Shown in pieces: positions 32,601 through 45,800 of a stretch of DNA of 64,000 nucleotides; the first letter of the stretch is position 1, and each line of letters opens with the position of its first letter. The notes under the pieces are model-generated. The model had not been told where the DNA came from. It did no database searches and saw only the letters and a program-made list of their open reading frames with translations. Source of the DNA: Pocillopora damicornis (Eukaryota); assembly GCF_003704095.1 (NCBI RefSeq), contig NW_020845410.1, positions 1,240,001 through 1,304,000 of the forward strand, read 5' to 3'. The position numbers and the translations under genes were made by a program.

Positions 32601-35600
32601 ATTTTGTGACAATAAAGACCCTAAAACCATTCACTCACAAGATCTCAATATTAGGTCTTTGTGCAGTTCTTCATATATTTCCTTTAAGTTTAGTCCTGAG
32701 AATTTGGTTTTGAATCAGACAACATTCTGAAATTGATATCTTTGCCATCACTTCTCATCACCTTTCAGCTTTGAAATGTGTTGATATTTGTAAAGAGGAG
32801 CTGTCTTTTAGTAACTCCCAGATGAACAATGGTTAAAAGGCCAGAAGAGTTAAATGAAAAAAGCTTTTAGAACTAAATCTCTCTTTGAATTTTGCTTTAA
32901 ATTTTTTTTTGTAGCATGATCGTCTTATCAAAGTGTGGTTTGACAACAACCAAGGTCAGTGTCATGAGGTGCAGCCAAGTTTGTTCTGATAGCTCCGTTT
33001 TGGAAATTATGTTAATTGTTTAATGAAACAGGTCTATGAAGCTAACCACTCCATGTATCTTGTTTCCAAAACAAGATACTGCTGCAGCTTATTCTCTTAC
33101 TACATCCAGTCAGCAAATTTGTGTGGCACTATTTAATCTTCTACATTTTGCACTTTGCAGTCAATCCACAATATGAGACTGAAGAGCTGCAAGAAAGAGG
33201 ACAGTTTCTGAACAGTGATGTTTTAGATTACACTTTTGTGTATCTGGCTCATCCTGGACCAGTGACAGGAATTTCTTGGAGAAAAACCAGCAAATATATA
33301 CCTGTGTATGTAAACATTCTTTACTTCTTACCCCCAACAAGTTCTTGAGTGTGTGAGATTTTGATATATTACCCTTAGACTCTTGAGATCCAATTGATAA
33401 CTTGCCTTAATTACAGTTTTTATATACCTCCCTGTAACTTATTTATGGCTAAGAGAATTTGGTGTCAAACTGCACTGACCTTCCTGATTGGTAATTCTAT
33501 TCTCATCACTATTAGCAAATGCTGGTTGGTATAATGGTGTTGGTAAAGGAAGAAAAAGGTTAATATTTTCAAATATTAAACAATGTTTTTCAGTTTTATA
33601 TTTGAAATTATTATTCCACATTCCATATTAATTTTATGCATTACTTGGTCTTTCACCGTGTGTGTTGCTTTCCTGGTCTTGGACGGACATTTTTAGGTCA
33701 ATACTTTAGGGTACAAATTTAAAATTACCAGAAACCGGCTAACTTCACTGAAGAATTGCCAAGTCTAAATATCAACAAATTTGTTTCTTTATGGTCTTAT
33801 CATCTTTTAGCTCAACTGTAGCCAACTGTCTTCTTACTTCATGCACTGACAATGTCTGCCGCATCTGGTGTGAGTCCATCAAGCAAGGTGACCACAATGC
33901 CTCACCCTCCCACCCCACAAAGAATCATCACAAGTGCATGTGGCATTTATCACAGCAACCGAAAAAGCCTGTTGCCAAGGATGACACAGCAGAAGATCCT
34001 CTACTGAGATACCAACTGCCATCAGCCTTGCAATTTCACATTGCTGTTGCGGTGAATGCTCTGAATGATATTCCAATCCTGTCCTCGCTTGATTCCATCT
34101 CAAGCGGTAATCACAGTAGTTTTGTTCTTCACTGGTTGAACAACAAAGAAATTCAGTTTACCATGGCGGCTGAGTCGTGTCTTGGCGCACCAGTTCTCGC
34201 TCTTGAAGTGGAGAGTATAGACATTAGCGATGACTCTTCCAACAGTGACAGTGAGGCAGAGCTCTTGGTGCCGAGTGACGAGGAATTTCCAGAATCTTAC
34301 AAACGTAAGAATCAGCTACATAACACTTTAGGTAGAGTTGCCATAATCTCCCTAAGGCGTGAACTCCCAAGCGACCTTTTCACGGATAAAGGCTCCACGC
34401 GGAGGATCCTATTTTAATGTATTAGCATTTTTTGTTTACAGTGCAGTTTGAGTTCTGTTGGTTGTCAAAATAGACCAGTCCATTTCTTGCCATAAAATGT
34501 TCAAAAATATGAAGAGATATATGCTTAAAAGCCAGACCAGAGCCAGTGCCCCAAAAGGTGCTAACCTATTGAATTTTCTGATGGAACAGAAAAGACTTCT
34601 CCTAGAGTCACAAGGAATCGAGTTTTGCCTAACCTTAGCAAAGCGACGCGCGTTCTAATTCTTTTCAGGAAGGCATCTGCAAAGGTTTGGGGTAAATATG
34701 AAATTCTTTTACAGCTGTGGGTATTTTTATCTTTTCAATAGCTGTCAAGAAAGAAATCCCTGCACCAGAGATGGCGAAAGAAATCAAGATCCCTTCCACA
34801 CCGAGACCAAGAACTCCTTTAGATTACTTAAAACACATCCAAGATGACACACTTAGTGACGTTGAGGAATCAAGTACTTACGCCGCAGTGGTATCCTCAT
34901 GTATTGGTAATCTTCTCCACGAGTGGTACAACAGCCCTGACACACTTCTCGCTGTTCATCCCGTAGATGGTTCACTTCTGGTGTGGCTTGTGGAATGGCT
35001 TGACGTACAGAATGGTGTACCATACAGACAGCCTCAAGTTAGCTTTTTATCACGCATCCCCAATGTTCTTCCCCCTGCAGATGCGAACTCTTTATTGAAC
35101 AAGCTCATTGTTTATTGTCCGAGGGAAGACAAAGTCCGAGCTCTGAGGAACGTGATGGTCAACAAGAGTGACGTAGTCTTAGCAGGTCAGCGGACGGCAA
35201 CAAAAGCCAACGGAACGGGACTCAACATTTCCCGTTCAAGTTTTGGTAATTTGACAGGAGGGACGCATCCTACGGCTATCATGATTTCAACGCACAGAGA
35301 CGGTGCTCTGAACCTCTGGCAACTTGCATTTGCTGACAACTCATCATTTTCTACTGTTGTTAGTGTTTCTCATCATGCCCGCAGATGTGGACATAGATAT
35401 CCCATCACTAACATCTTAGCTCATCCAGAGCTGCCCCTGATGCTTTCCACGTCAAGTCACGAAATGGAAGCGAGAAAGGGCGAAGAGAATTTGAACAATG
35501 TGGAGTTACCAAGTATGATAGATGACAAAAGCAAAACTCGAAAGCTACATTGCAACGAACTCATTGTGTGGAAGGTGGAGAGCGTGTCACCGTTACGGCA

Positions 35601-38600
35601 GAGTGGTGGAGTCATGGAGCTCACGCGTGTAAACTCCTCTCGCCCAAATGCTTTTCTAAACATAGCTTGGGTTCCAACCCTTTTCTCTCACTCCCTGATC
35701 TCATTCGACAGCAGTACATCGATTCCGCCCCATGCTGTCGCTCCTTGTGCGTGTTTTTTGGCCTTAGATGGGACTTGTTACAGATTTTATCAAGTGATCT
35801 TGGATGCCAGAACTTTACAAGGTTATATATCAAGCAACAAGACCAGAACACGTTCAACTCTGTATTCAAGTGGTAGTGAAGGGAGTTTAGACTCATTAGA
35901 TTTTGAAAGCCCCAGCAGTTCAGTTCCTGTTGAGTGCTTCATTGAGTCAATAGTCAGTAGACAATCTGGCGCAACACCTGGCTGTATTCTGAAGCTTTGT
36001 TCGTTAGCTGACTCTAAGGATGTCCTACGAGAGCCATTATTACTGCACGTTTTCACAGAGAGCTCCGTAAAGTCCTCTTGTTTCTTTTCCTCTAACGAGA
36101 AACCGAGTAGTGAGAATGAGGAAGATCATCAACAAAGTTCGCACAGATCTGAAGATACTTTTTACGTGGTCGGTGTTGAGAACATCAACGATGAGCAAAG
36201 TGATACTGTGTCTATAATTTACATGTGGCAGGTCACTGTCACTGCTACCAAACCAGAAACGAGTCTGAAAGGATCAGGCTTGGAGTCGCTATCGACCTAC
36301 CCAGAGGTTATACAGCCTTTAAGTAGAAGCAACAGTAGCGCTTCCAACAGGAGTGCGAGTCCCCTAAACTTGCCACAATCAGGGCACGTGACTAGTAGTA
36401 TCGTATCAAGGTGTGTTTGTCGTCAGAAGCTTCCGCTTCCTAGTGGAACGACAATTAAAACAGCTACCAGAGCTGCTGATAAGATGTCGTCCTCTGCGGT
36501 AAATCCGACTTGTCCAGCGCGGTATTTGTTCACGTCGTCGTGTTCAGATGGGAAGGTGAGGTTTTGGTCATGCAGGGAAATTGTTTCAGAGGGTCGGTTC
36601 ACGTGGGAAGAGACTTCATGGCTGTCAGATGGCAGGAAATGTGCTCATTCCACGGAGCATTCAGACAGCCGTGTGTTAGGACTGGATGCACCTGGGGAGG
36701 TGTTATCGCTCAGTTGTGCCTACACAGGGAGGATTGCCACGCTCTGCAGGAACACTGAAGAGCAGGAAAAAGAAAAGCTTGACTATTCAGTGTGTATCTG
36801 GGAGAATGAATCGTCAGGAGGAATGGACTGGATTCTGGAGGACACACTGAAACTCGACTGCAAGTTTCTCACCGATAATTCACAGATTCGTCTAGAATGG
36901 ACTTCCGCCGAGGATAGTACGTACATTCTAACTGTTTGTATCGGCAATGAAGCCTTTATTTTGGGGTGTGCGTCAAGAATAGCCAATACAACTGTGAGAG
37001 GGGAGAGTACGTCCACTGGAAAGGAAACATGGCTGCTTCTTCACAGTGTTCATTTGACGTCAGAGAACAAATGGCAGCTACTAACAAGAGCACTCTCGTG
37101 GATACGCAATGGAGTCCTTGTGGTAGGCCTGGGCACCGAAATGCAGGTGTATTCACAATGGAGAGTAATGAAAGACGGTACCTTCTCCCCCTCGGACACC
37201 ATGACCTTTGCTCCTACCGTAACCTTGCAGAAGGTCAGCGAAGTGTCCAGGGGAGGGTCAGGAAAGCTTGTCCCCTTGTCACTAACGCCAGGGGGTGGAA
37301 TTGGTTTGTTTGAGGGAGCCGGAACTATAGCTCCTGTTTTACCTCAGTTTCATCCCAAGCATCTCATGGAACTCATGAACTTTGGCAAATTAAGGAGAGT
37401 CCGGGCGATATTACATCACTTGGTATGATTTATATTAAATAGTGTGTTACTGTAGTTCAGCATGAAATCTAAGGAGACACCGCCAACCCCACTAGTTAGA
37501 GTCCGCCAAAAATTTTCCTGTAACTACGCTAAGAACTTTAACTACGTCAACTGAATTAAACAATTTCTTCCGCATCAGCATTTAGGTAAATCACCTTGTT
37601 TAAAATAATCAGTACCTACTATATACCAAATAATAATTCAATGTTGTGGCACAAACGTTTTTAAAGGTACAAAATAAATTTTCTCGCTCATCAAGAAATT
37701 GAGAGTTCCTATTTTGGCAGGGTGATCTTGGATTTGTAGCAAAAAAAAATGGACGACTTTTGCCAACGATGAGATTGGTGCCCTTTGTGATCTGGTCAAG
37801 CCCCTGTTCAGTGAATCACAGCTGCTTTCCTCTATCGTAGGTGTACTGTGTTGCTGGCCGTGAGGCCATGGAAGCCGCCACTAAAGCTGTCGTCCAATCA
37901 GCGCACAGTAGGCCACGTCTTAGCAGCATGAGTAGCATGAAGAGCATTGGAAACGTGTCAAGCTCAAGCGAACCAGACCTAGAGGGACTGGTGCCCGACG
38001 AAAAAGAACGAGCACTTTGTGTTCCGCCATTACCAATGTATGCTCTGCTTGCAGCTGATAAAGACACTAGTGGCAGTGGATCGGCTACAGCAGGTATTCA
38101 TATTAGTTTGGCATGTCACGTAATATCGATTTTCTTCGAATGTCAAGCAGTCCTGTCACCGGAATTACATTTGATCGCATGAGTGATGATAATTTCACTT
38201 TATCAGTTTTAAGGGATTAGTTTACATACTTTTATCCAATATCAGCATTGGTACTTTTTGTTGATCTGTACTTTATGTGAACGGATGTTTACTGTTTAGA
38301 CTTAGGACAACTCAAACTGAATAAATGGGTGAAATCAGAGAAGATGAGAATGGAGTATACTTTAAGTTTGGAAATCAGTGGCCTGACAATTGTCCTTTGC
38401 AATGCTCGGACATCACTGTTGCTTGTCTTGTAGTTCTAAGTATTTCCAGGAAAAGTTTTTTTCAAAATTTCATATTTACGAAATTAATCATAACTTGGTT
38501 CTGTAAGAGTTTGGCTTTCAACTACTGGCGTACCCATGGATTTGAATGCTTTTATGTCGTAGTTTCGTAAAAATACAGTTCTGTCTGTTTCCCTAGCTGA

Positions 38601-41600
38601 TTCAGTAGATGGAACACAAGGAACATCCGCTGATGAAACAGACTACAGTGCCCTGTTTGAGTTATCGCGTTATGGCTCCAGTTTTGAATCCGACGATGAA
38701 GACAACAGATTCTTAGATAAAAAGAGAGCCAAGAGCAGCCCAACTCATGTGGCACAGGCTGGTAGTCCGGTGCACTTCGGCTTGGCACAGGTCGGTAACT
38801 ACTAGGTTTTCCGTCGCAGAGCAGTAGAGATTTCGCAGTAACGTAGGGAGATCCCAACAGCAGCGCGTGTAGAAGGTTGACAACATCGTCACGCCTTTAG
38901 ATTGTCTCAACACCAGTTCGCGCGCCGAAAGTGGATTTGATTCCTCGCCTTTCCGTCTTGTTGCATGAATTGGTATTGTGTTTTTTAAATCCACCGAGTA
39001 AGGTTTGCATGACACATCGAGCCTTGTAAAACAGACTGTTTCAGTCAAATGAACATATATGGTAGCTTAAATAGCCTCGTAAACCCTATGTTAATACTTT
39101 TTAATTAAAGAGAGAATGTATTTTTTAAATTACGTATGGCAGTAGTGAAGGTCCTCAATCAGGCGCCTTAAAGGAGTTATAGTAAATATTAATTGGAAGC
39201 AATGTGTGACGTCTCCTTGGAGGATGAAAATGGTTTTACGTCTTCTCCGTCGATGATTTCCGGGAAAAATGCCATCGAGTGTAAATGGTATACAACCCTT
39301 TACATTTCCACGGTCCAATGATTCGTATATTTGATGTAGCATTTCTTAGCTCATGTTTCAGTGTACTTTGAATTCGTCTTTTCCAGGCTCAGTTGCTTTC
39401 CCATCAGCTAAGCAGGAAACCTCTTCCCGGCTTGACCAGCATTGAACAACTGGAACTGTTGGCTCTGGCAGATACCTTTGCCTCAACCAAGCTCGACTTG
39501 GAGGAAAGTCCTGGTTCAATTGAAAGAGGAGTGAAGTTTGCGAAGAAAGAGGGTACCTCAAAATGTTTTATTGTCGAATTCTTGTTGAAATATAGCCACA
39601 ACATTACTTTGTGAGCCGGTTTTAAACGACAACAATTCAAGTAATATCGAGGATCAGAGAGTATCGTCTTAAATGCTTCTACACCCTCTGTATGCATATT
39701 CTCCATCCTGTCCTGATTATACTCTCTAAGACGCTGACAAGGAGTATTTGTTTAACAATCAAGAACTTCTTTAGTTGGTGATCAAGTTCTTTACTCCTTT
39801 GACCTTAATGTGTGATTCGGGGGATAAATTGTGAGGAGAAATTAGAAGCTAGTCAGGGTCAAATAGCGTGAAACCACAGATAAAGGAGTGAGTTGACAAA
39901 CAGAAAAGGGCTAAGAATAGTTCCAGGACGATTGAACAAGGATTGACAGAGATTAGAAAAGACGATCTTGAAATTGTAGTCTCAATTCTTTAAGGTCTAC
40001 AAACCGTGTTGTAGCCTGTTACTAAAGTTTATTTTTCTTTGCAGAGGAAAGTTACAGCAGCGTAGGTGGTCTGATGGGAGGTCCCGGTGGAGGCGGAGGT
40101 GGATACGCTACAACAGGAAGCATTGGAGCAACAGCAGGGAGTGGCGGAGATGCTGTGGATGAGTGTGGGTTGCGCTTTTTACTTGCCATGAGACATCATA
40201 CCTGCCTGATGAGGTCACTGCCTCCTAAACACAGGGCAGTGCTGGAGGAAAGGGTAAAGTTTATTGTTTATCTTACAGTCCAACTCGCTTATGGGACATG
40301 TCTTTCTCTGGCAGAAATGCACCTTCTCCGAGTGGATGATCACTTCCCAAATCAGAGAAAAACGTCACCTCTTGACATTCTCCTCCCTTGTGCAGTCACC
40401 CCACCCTTTTTGCAAATATTCCCGTTTCCTATGAACGCATTCACTTGGCCTCCTTATGCTGTGCCGACGTTTACCTTTCATCTTCAGACAGTCAACACTC
40501 CTGTTTCATCTTTGTAGGCACTCACCTCTCTCATGCCGACAGCAATCTCTCTCCTCATACTTGATTTCCCTATCTCTCTCGTTGTTGTTTCATCAGACCA
40601 ATTTTAATTTCAAGACTTTATTGTGTTACCCTCGAGTGGGGAGGGAAATTCTCAAGTTTCCTCGTGAGTGGGCTTGGGGTCAGGGTTAAGGCTGCGATTA
40701 ATGTTCCACTACGAACTACCTTCTTAAATACGTTTAATTGCTATGAATTGTCAAAGACTTCCTTTGTTAAGAGAGTATGTCAAGAGTTAAATTCTTGCAG
40801 GGCTTGTCATCATCATATTACGGATGGGCGTTTCATTCTGAATCCGAGGAGGAATTATTAGCCATGGTTCCTCCCGTGCTGAGAGGTGAGGCCACTTGGT
40901 CGGAACTGAGACGTTACGGCATTGGGTGGTGGGTGAGGAGCAATGATACGCTGAGAAGGCTGATAGAGAAGGTAACAAAAAAAACTACTACACTATAGAG
41001 AAGGTTACAAATTAATCCTGCACCGTATGACTAATCTGCTCCTTTGTGTACGCTTCAACATGAAACTCTTTCGGTGCGCAGTCCAACAAAAACCTGAGAA
41101 GGCTTGTAGAGAAGTTAACAAATAAATCCAGCTCTGTATTATGAAAGTTTTCCTTTGTGTACACCTCAACGTGAGACCCATTTGGTGCGCAGTCCAACAA
41201 AAACCTGAGAGGGCTTGTAGAGAAGGTTGAAAGTAAACCACCACATTCCGAATGCGGCGTGGTTTATGACGTGGTTATTTAATGATTTCGCCACATTCCG
41301 AATGTTTATCATTAATGGGCCATTAAAAATCTTTTAAGTCGTCCTGGAACTCTCCACTCATATACTACCAGAGCTTTTTGCGTTCCAGTTTTACATTTTT
41401 AAGACTGCTCACTTGAAATACTGAGATGTACTGCTATTGAAGGGTTGCTTATTTTGGGGTAAAGGGGGTGTTTGTAGTGTTTGACCAAAATGCAGTATTT
41501 AACCCTTAAATCTTTGATGTGGTTAACGATTTAGTTTGTGTAACCAATCTTTGCCCCTGCAGACTGCTAAAGCGCAGTTTTCAAAGAACCAAGATCCCAT

Positions 41601-42802
41601 TGACTGTGCTCTGTTTTACCTGGCCATGAAGAAAAAGAATGTAATCTGTGGGTTGTACAGGTTTGTTCTCGCTTATTGTTGAAATTTATGAGTAGTTTGT
41701 CCGTTTGTGTATCAGGTTTCGTGCAGGTTGTTTAAATTTCCGGTCATTTAAACGCAATGTTTATTTCAAAACTACCTTTCTCAATTTCATCACAAAATAC
41801 AGAACATGGAGATCTTTCCAGGCCTGACTGATTGATCTTAAGTTCATCCAATATTTCCCGTTAATCACAAAGGTCATGACTTCGATTGCTTATCGGTAAT
41901 TTAGATTTTAATTTTCTCCCACTTTCTCTGCTAATGAACTTCTGTTTTGAACGTGGACTTTTTCCTTTGTTGATCAACATAGCTGAAGTTTTTTAAAACA
42001 AACTTGAACCCTTTCTTATACCTTTTTTTTTAATTTTTCAGAACTGTAAGAGACACGAAGATGTCGCAGTTTTTTGCTCGGGATTTTACACAAGACAGAT
42101 GGCGCAAGGCAGCTCTCAAGAATGCTTATTCTTTGTTAGGAAAGCAGAGATTTGATCACGCCGCAGCGTTCTTCCTTTTGGCTGGCTCTTTGTGGGATGC
42201 GATACAGGTACTTTGTAGAAATTCAGTCGTGTGGAGATGTAACTTTCATTCTCACTGAATAAATAATCCCAGTTTTTCACGAAGGCTTTGTCAGAGACTC
42301 AGAAGAAAACGATTAGATGCGTCATTTACATCTTTTTCTTTATATCTTTTTGTTTTTCATTCGGTGAAGGAAAAGTGAATCTTTGAACAGACAACAAAAC
42401 ACATCAATAATATCAGCGTGGATTAAGCAGTGTTACTAAAACAGGCGTTCCTTTCAAGCCGTTCTTGAGGCATTAAGCTATGTTTAAATTGCTTCTGCTC
42501 CCACTTTTCAGGTTTGCATCAGTCGATTGCAAGACGTTCAACTAGCCATGGTCCTCGCTCGGCTGTATGAGGAAGACGCTTCAGGGGGGGCCCTCTACAC
42601 TCGCATCTTAAAGGAGTGTTTGCTAGGTCAAGGTGGTAGTGCGCATGAGCCAACTCAGGGTAAGCGAAATCTTTCATGGTGGTTAATTACCGTGGTGTGG
42701 ATGAATTAAAAAAAAAATTAAAAAAAAACCTAAATTTAGGCTTTTTCTTATGGAAGTGATAGCTACAAGGTTTCAAGTACTAACCTTGAAGGGGTCTTAA
42801 GC

Positions 42803-42833
<31 letters not shown>

Positions 42834-45800
42834 TTCTTTCTCTCGTCTGAAGCGATTGTTGGTTTGCAGTATAACCTGAGATCGCTTGCTCTTTTTTTGT
42901 GAACATTTCAGACCCATTCCTCAGAAGCATCGCTTACTGGATCTTGAAAGACTACAACCAAGCATTGGAAACATTGATATTTGAACCAACAGGACACAAG
43001 TCCCAGGAGAAAAAATGCAATTCTTTAGCCGCCAGCGGTAATCCTGATGTCTTCAATTTTTATCTCTACCTGCGCAAACATCCCCTGATTAAAAGAAGAC
43101 GATTCATGTATGAACACGACAACAAGATCAAAATGAAATCAGGTGTGAGAAACCTTTATCTCAGACAGGGAAGCATCCGCAAAGAGGAAATACTTGACGA
43201 ACCTTTGACGCCCATGGAGAGGCAACTGTTTTTCAAGACTGCTCACGCGCATTTGAATTCTGGATGTCCCGCTTTAGCGCTGCAGGTATTGATGGAGCTT
43301 CCAGCTACTGACATATCTGCGGGAGATGCCAGCACTGTTGCGGAAGGTGATTCCCCCCTGGAGGACACTAGCAACATGGCAGACGATGTGACAGGTGATA
43401 TGATCAGCACAGGAACACTCGGCGATTTTTCCTTCGGTGGCGCTGATACAGCCGTGAATGGGAGAGCTGATGACTTCGATTGGAGTAAGCCAGTCTCGTC
43501 CAAGCTTGGTGGCGATTCAGCGGCTGATTTTGACTGGAGTCAGCCTTTAGCGCCTGATCTAGGAGGTGGAAGTGTCGACGATTTTGATTGGTCAAAACCT
43601 GTGTCGTCTAAATTGAGTGGTGACGGTCTTGACGACCTTTCAAATGGATTTGATTGGAGTCAACCTGTGTCCGAGAAGCTGGGTGGACTGGGGCTAGATG
43701 GTGTAAACGGCTTAGAATCCAACCAATCATCTTACCCCAACAATAGTTACGAAACTAATGAAGACTCTGAGTATAAAAAAGACAACACCGCAAGTGATTC
43801 TAAGGTACATAATGATGAACTTCCCTCCAAGCCTAAGGAGACGCGACATTTGGACGTAGTTGCACAACAGATGAAGTTTTCTGCAATTATTAAACTCTTA
43901 ATCAACGAACTACACGGTTTGCCATCAAGTTGCGAGATTGCTGATGAAGATTTGCGACCGTTTTTCATCAAGTGGTTAGAAAAAGAGCTCGGAGTGCTAC
44001 ATAAGATGTCTGACTATGGTATTGTTGCAGAGGAAAGTGAAGATGAGGAGGAAGACACTGTTGAAATTAACATTCAATCAGGTATGAAACGCTTTTATTT
44101 TCTGCGATAGAGTTGTGTTGTCTCCTTTACCTTTACGTATTATACAGAGGATGGACGGTGGTCGGATCGTGAATTGATATCTTGTAGACAGGTTTGAACA
44201 GGAAACGAGTTTGGATTCACCGTCCTGTATGAAGAAGAAAAAAGTCAATTTGTGACTAATTATGGCATGGTGTGCTATTTGATAACTGTGATGATAACAA
44301 ATTGGTATAATTTGAAATAAGACAGTCTTTAAGATCAGATTATCCATGTGTATTGTTATATTACATGAGTACAAAATGTTTACTATGTGTGTACCTTGTA
44401 CTGTATTGAACGACGATGGTGTGCCTGAAAGATTCTTCTTGTCACAGTTGTGTGCCTATTTGTAGGGAGTTTGATGCATGCAAAGGAAGAGTTCAAGATA
44501 CCAAACTACTTCTTATCCTACTAATCATCAGTGATATTTTGTTTGAACAGCAGACGAATCGCAAGAGGGAAGTGCGGTAGATAAAAATTACATTGCGTTA
44601 AAAATCGATCGCTCAGCCAAGCATATTCAGTGGCTGAAAAAGAACCAGAAACTTCTCACAATTTTACTGAACTATTGTTCGCTTCACGGAGCTAGCGGCG
44701 GAGATCTAGCAGGTAACATATTTTCATAATGTTGAACTTAAACGTTTGGCAACAGACCCCTGTAAAAAGCAGGGAGACGCTAAGCGTTTTGATTTTGGAC
44801 AGACTTATCTAGAATCAAAGAAGCTTCTCATTTCGTTTTAATGGCTTCAACTGTAAAGTATGATCAAGAAAACTAAATATTTTATCAGCTTTAGTCCAAT
44901 AAGGCTGAAATTAGACCTACGTTGTGGTGGCACAAAAAAACACCAGGTTACTGAAGAGTTAACGTAGTTTATCGCGTTTGTCGTAAAGCTCCAAACTGTG
45001 TTTTGTTGACGAAAGATGAGCACAATTCAATCAGACATTATTGCCAAATTTAATGGAATGGGAGGTGTTCAAAGATGTGTGTTGTTCTTTTCTATTTAGC
45101 AATGAATATGGAACTTCTACTTCTCCTTCATGAGGTGGAGCAGATGCATTCCTTGGTATCTCCCCTGCGTGTACCATCAGCAGGACCTTCTGTTCCACCT
45201 CTCATCCTGGCCTCAGTATCTGCTTCCTCGTTTCTGGCCAGCCCTCTAGGATTCTTACAATCTCTCACGCAGGATATTCTTCGATTTGTGTTCAGGTGAT
45301 ATTGATTTGTGTTCATAATTCCTTTTGTTTCACTTCAAGTCACGGCCTGTCATTTCATGTCACTTCACGTTATTTCATGTCTCATTGTGCTTCCGGTAAT
45401 ATCATGTCATCTCGTGCCCCTTCATACGTACGTTGACGAACCTAACTAAGGAATCTTATGCTGAAACAATCTGTTATTTCATCCTCAACACTTTGTTTTG
45501 CACAGTTTGCCTGGTCCACCATCCCCCAGCCATCCGATTCGCTTGGCAAATGTGCTGCATAACCTAACAGGAACCTTGTCAGACTGCATCTATCAAAGTT
45601 TAACCGGCATGACTCAGGAAGGGAATTCTTCGAGTGGGTCAAAGCCTGCCACAGGTACTGGTTGTGATATACTTACGATATCTTAGAAACACCTCATTAT
45701 TTCCTAAATACTTTAATGGTGGTTCTTTGCAGAGAAAAGCAGCTCATCGGATGCAAACAAACCAGCAGCGCTTACCGGTGCTCCTTCCAAGTGGCCAGGT

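Noticed and set aside
38800-39000. GC-richer intronic stretch with a B-box-like GGATTTGATTCC
   Set aside because: No A-box at a suitable spacing and no convincing fold or snoRNA boxes; cannot be supported without an Rfam search.
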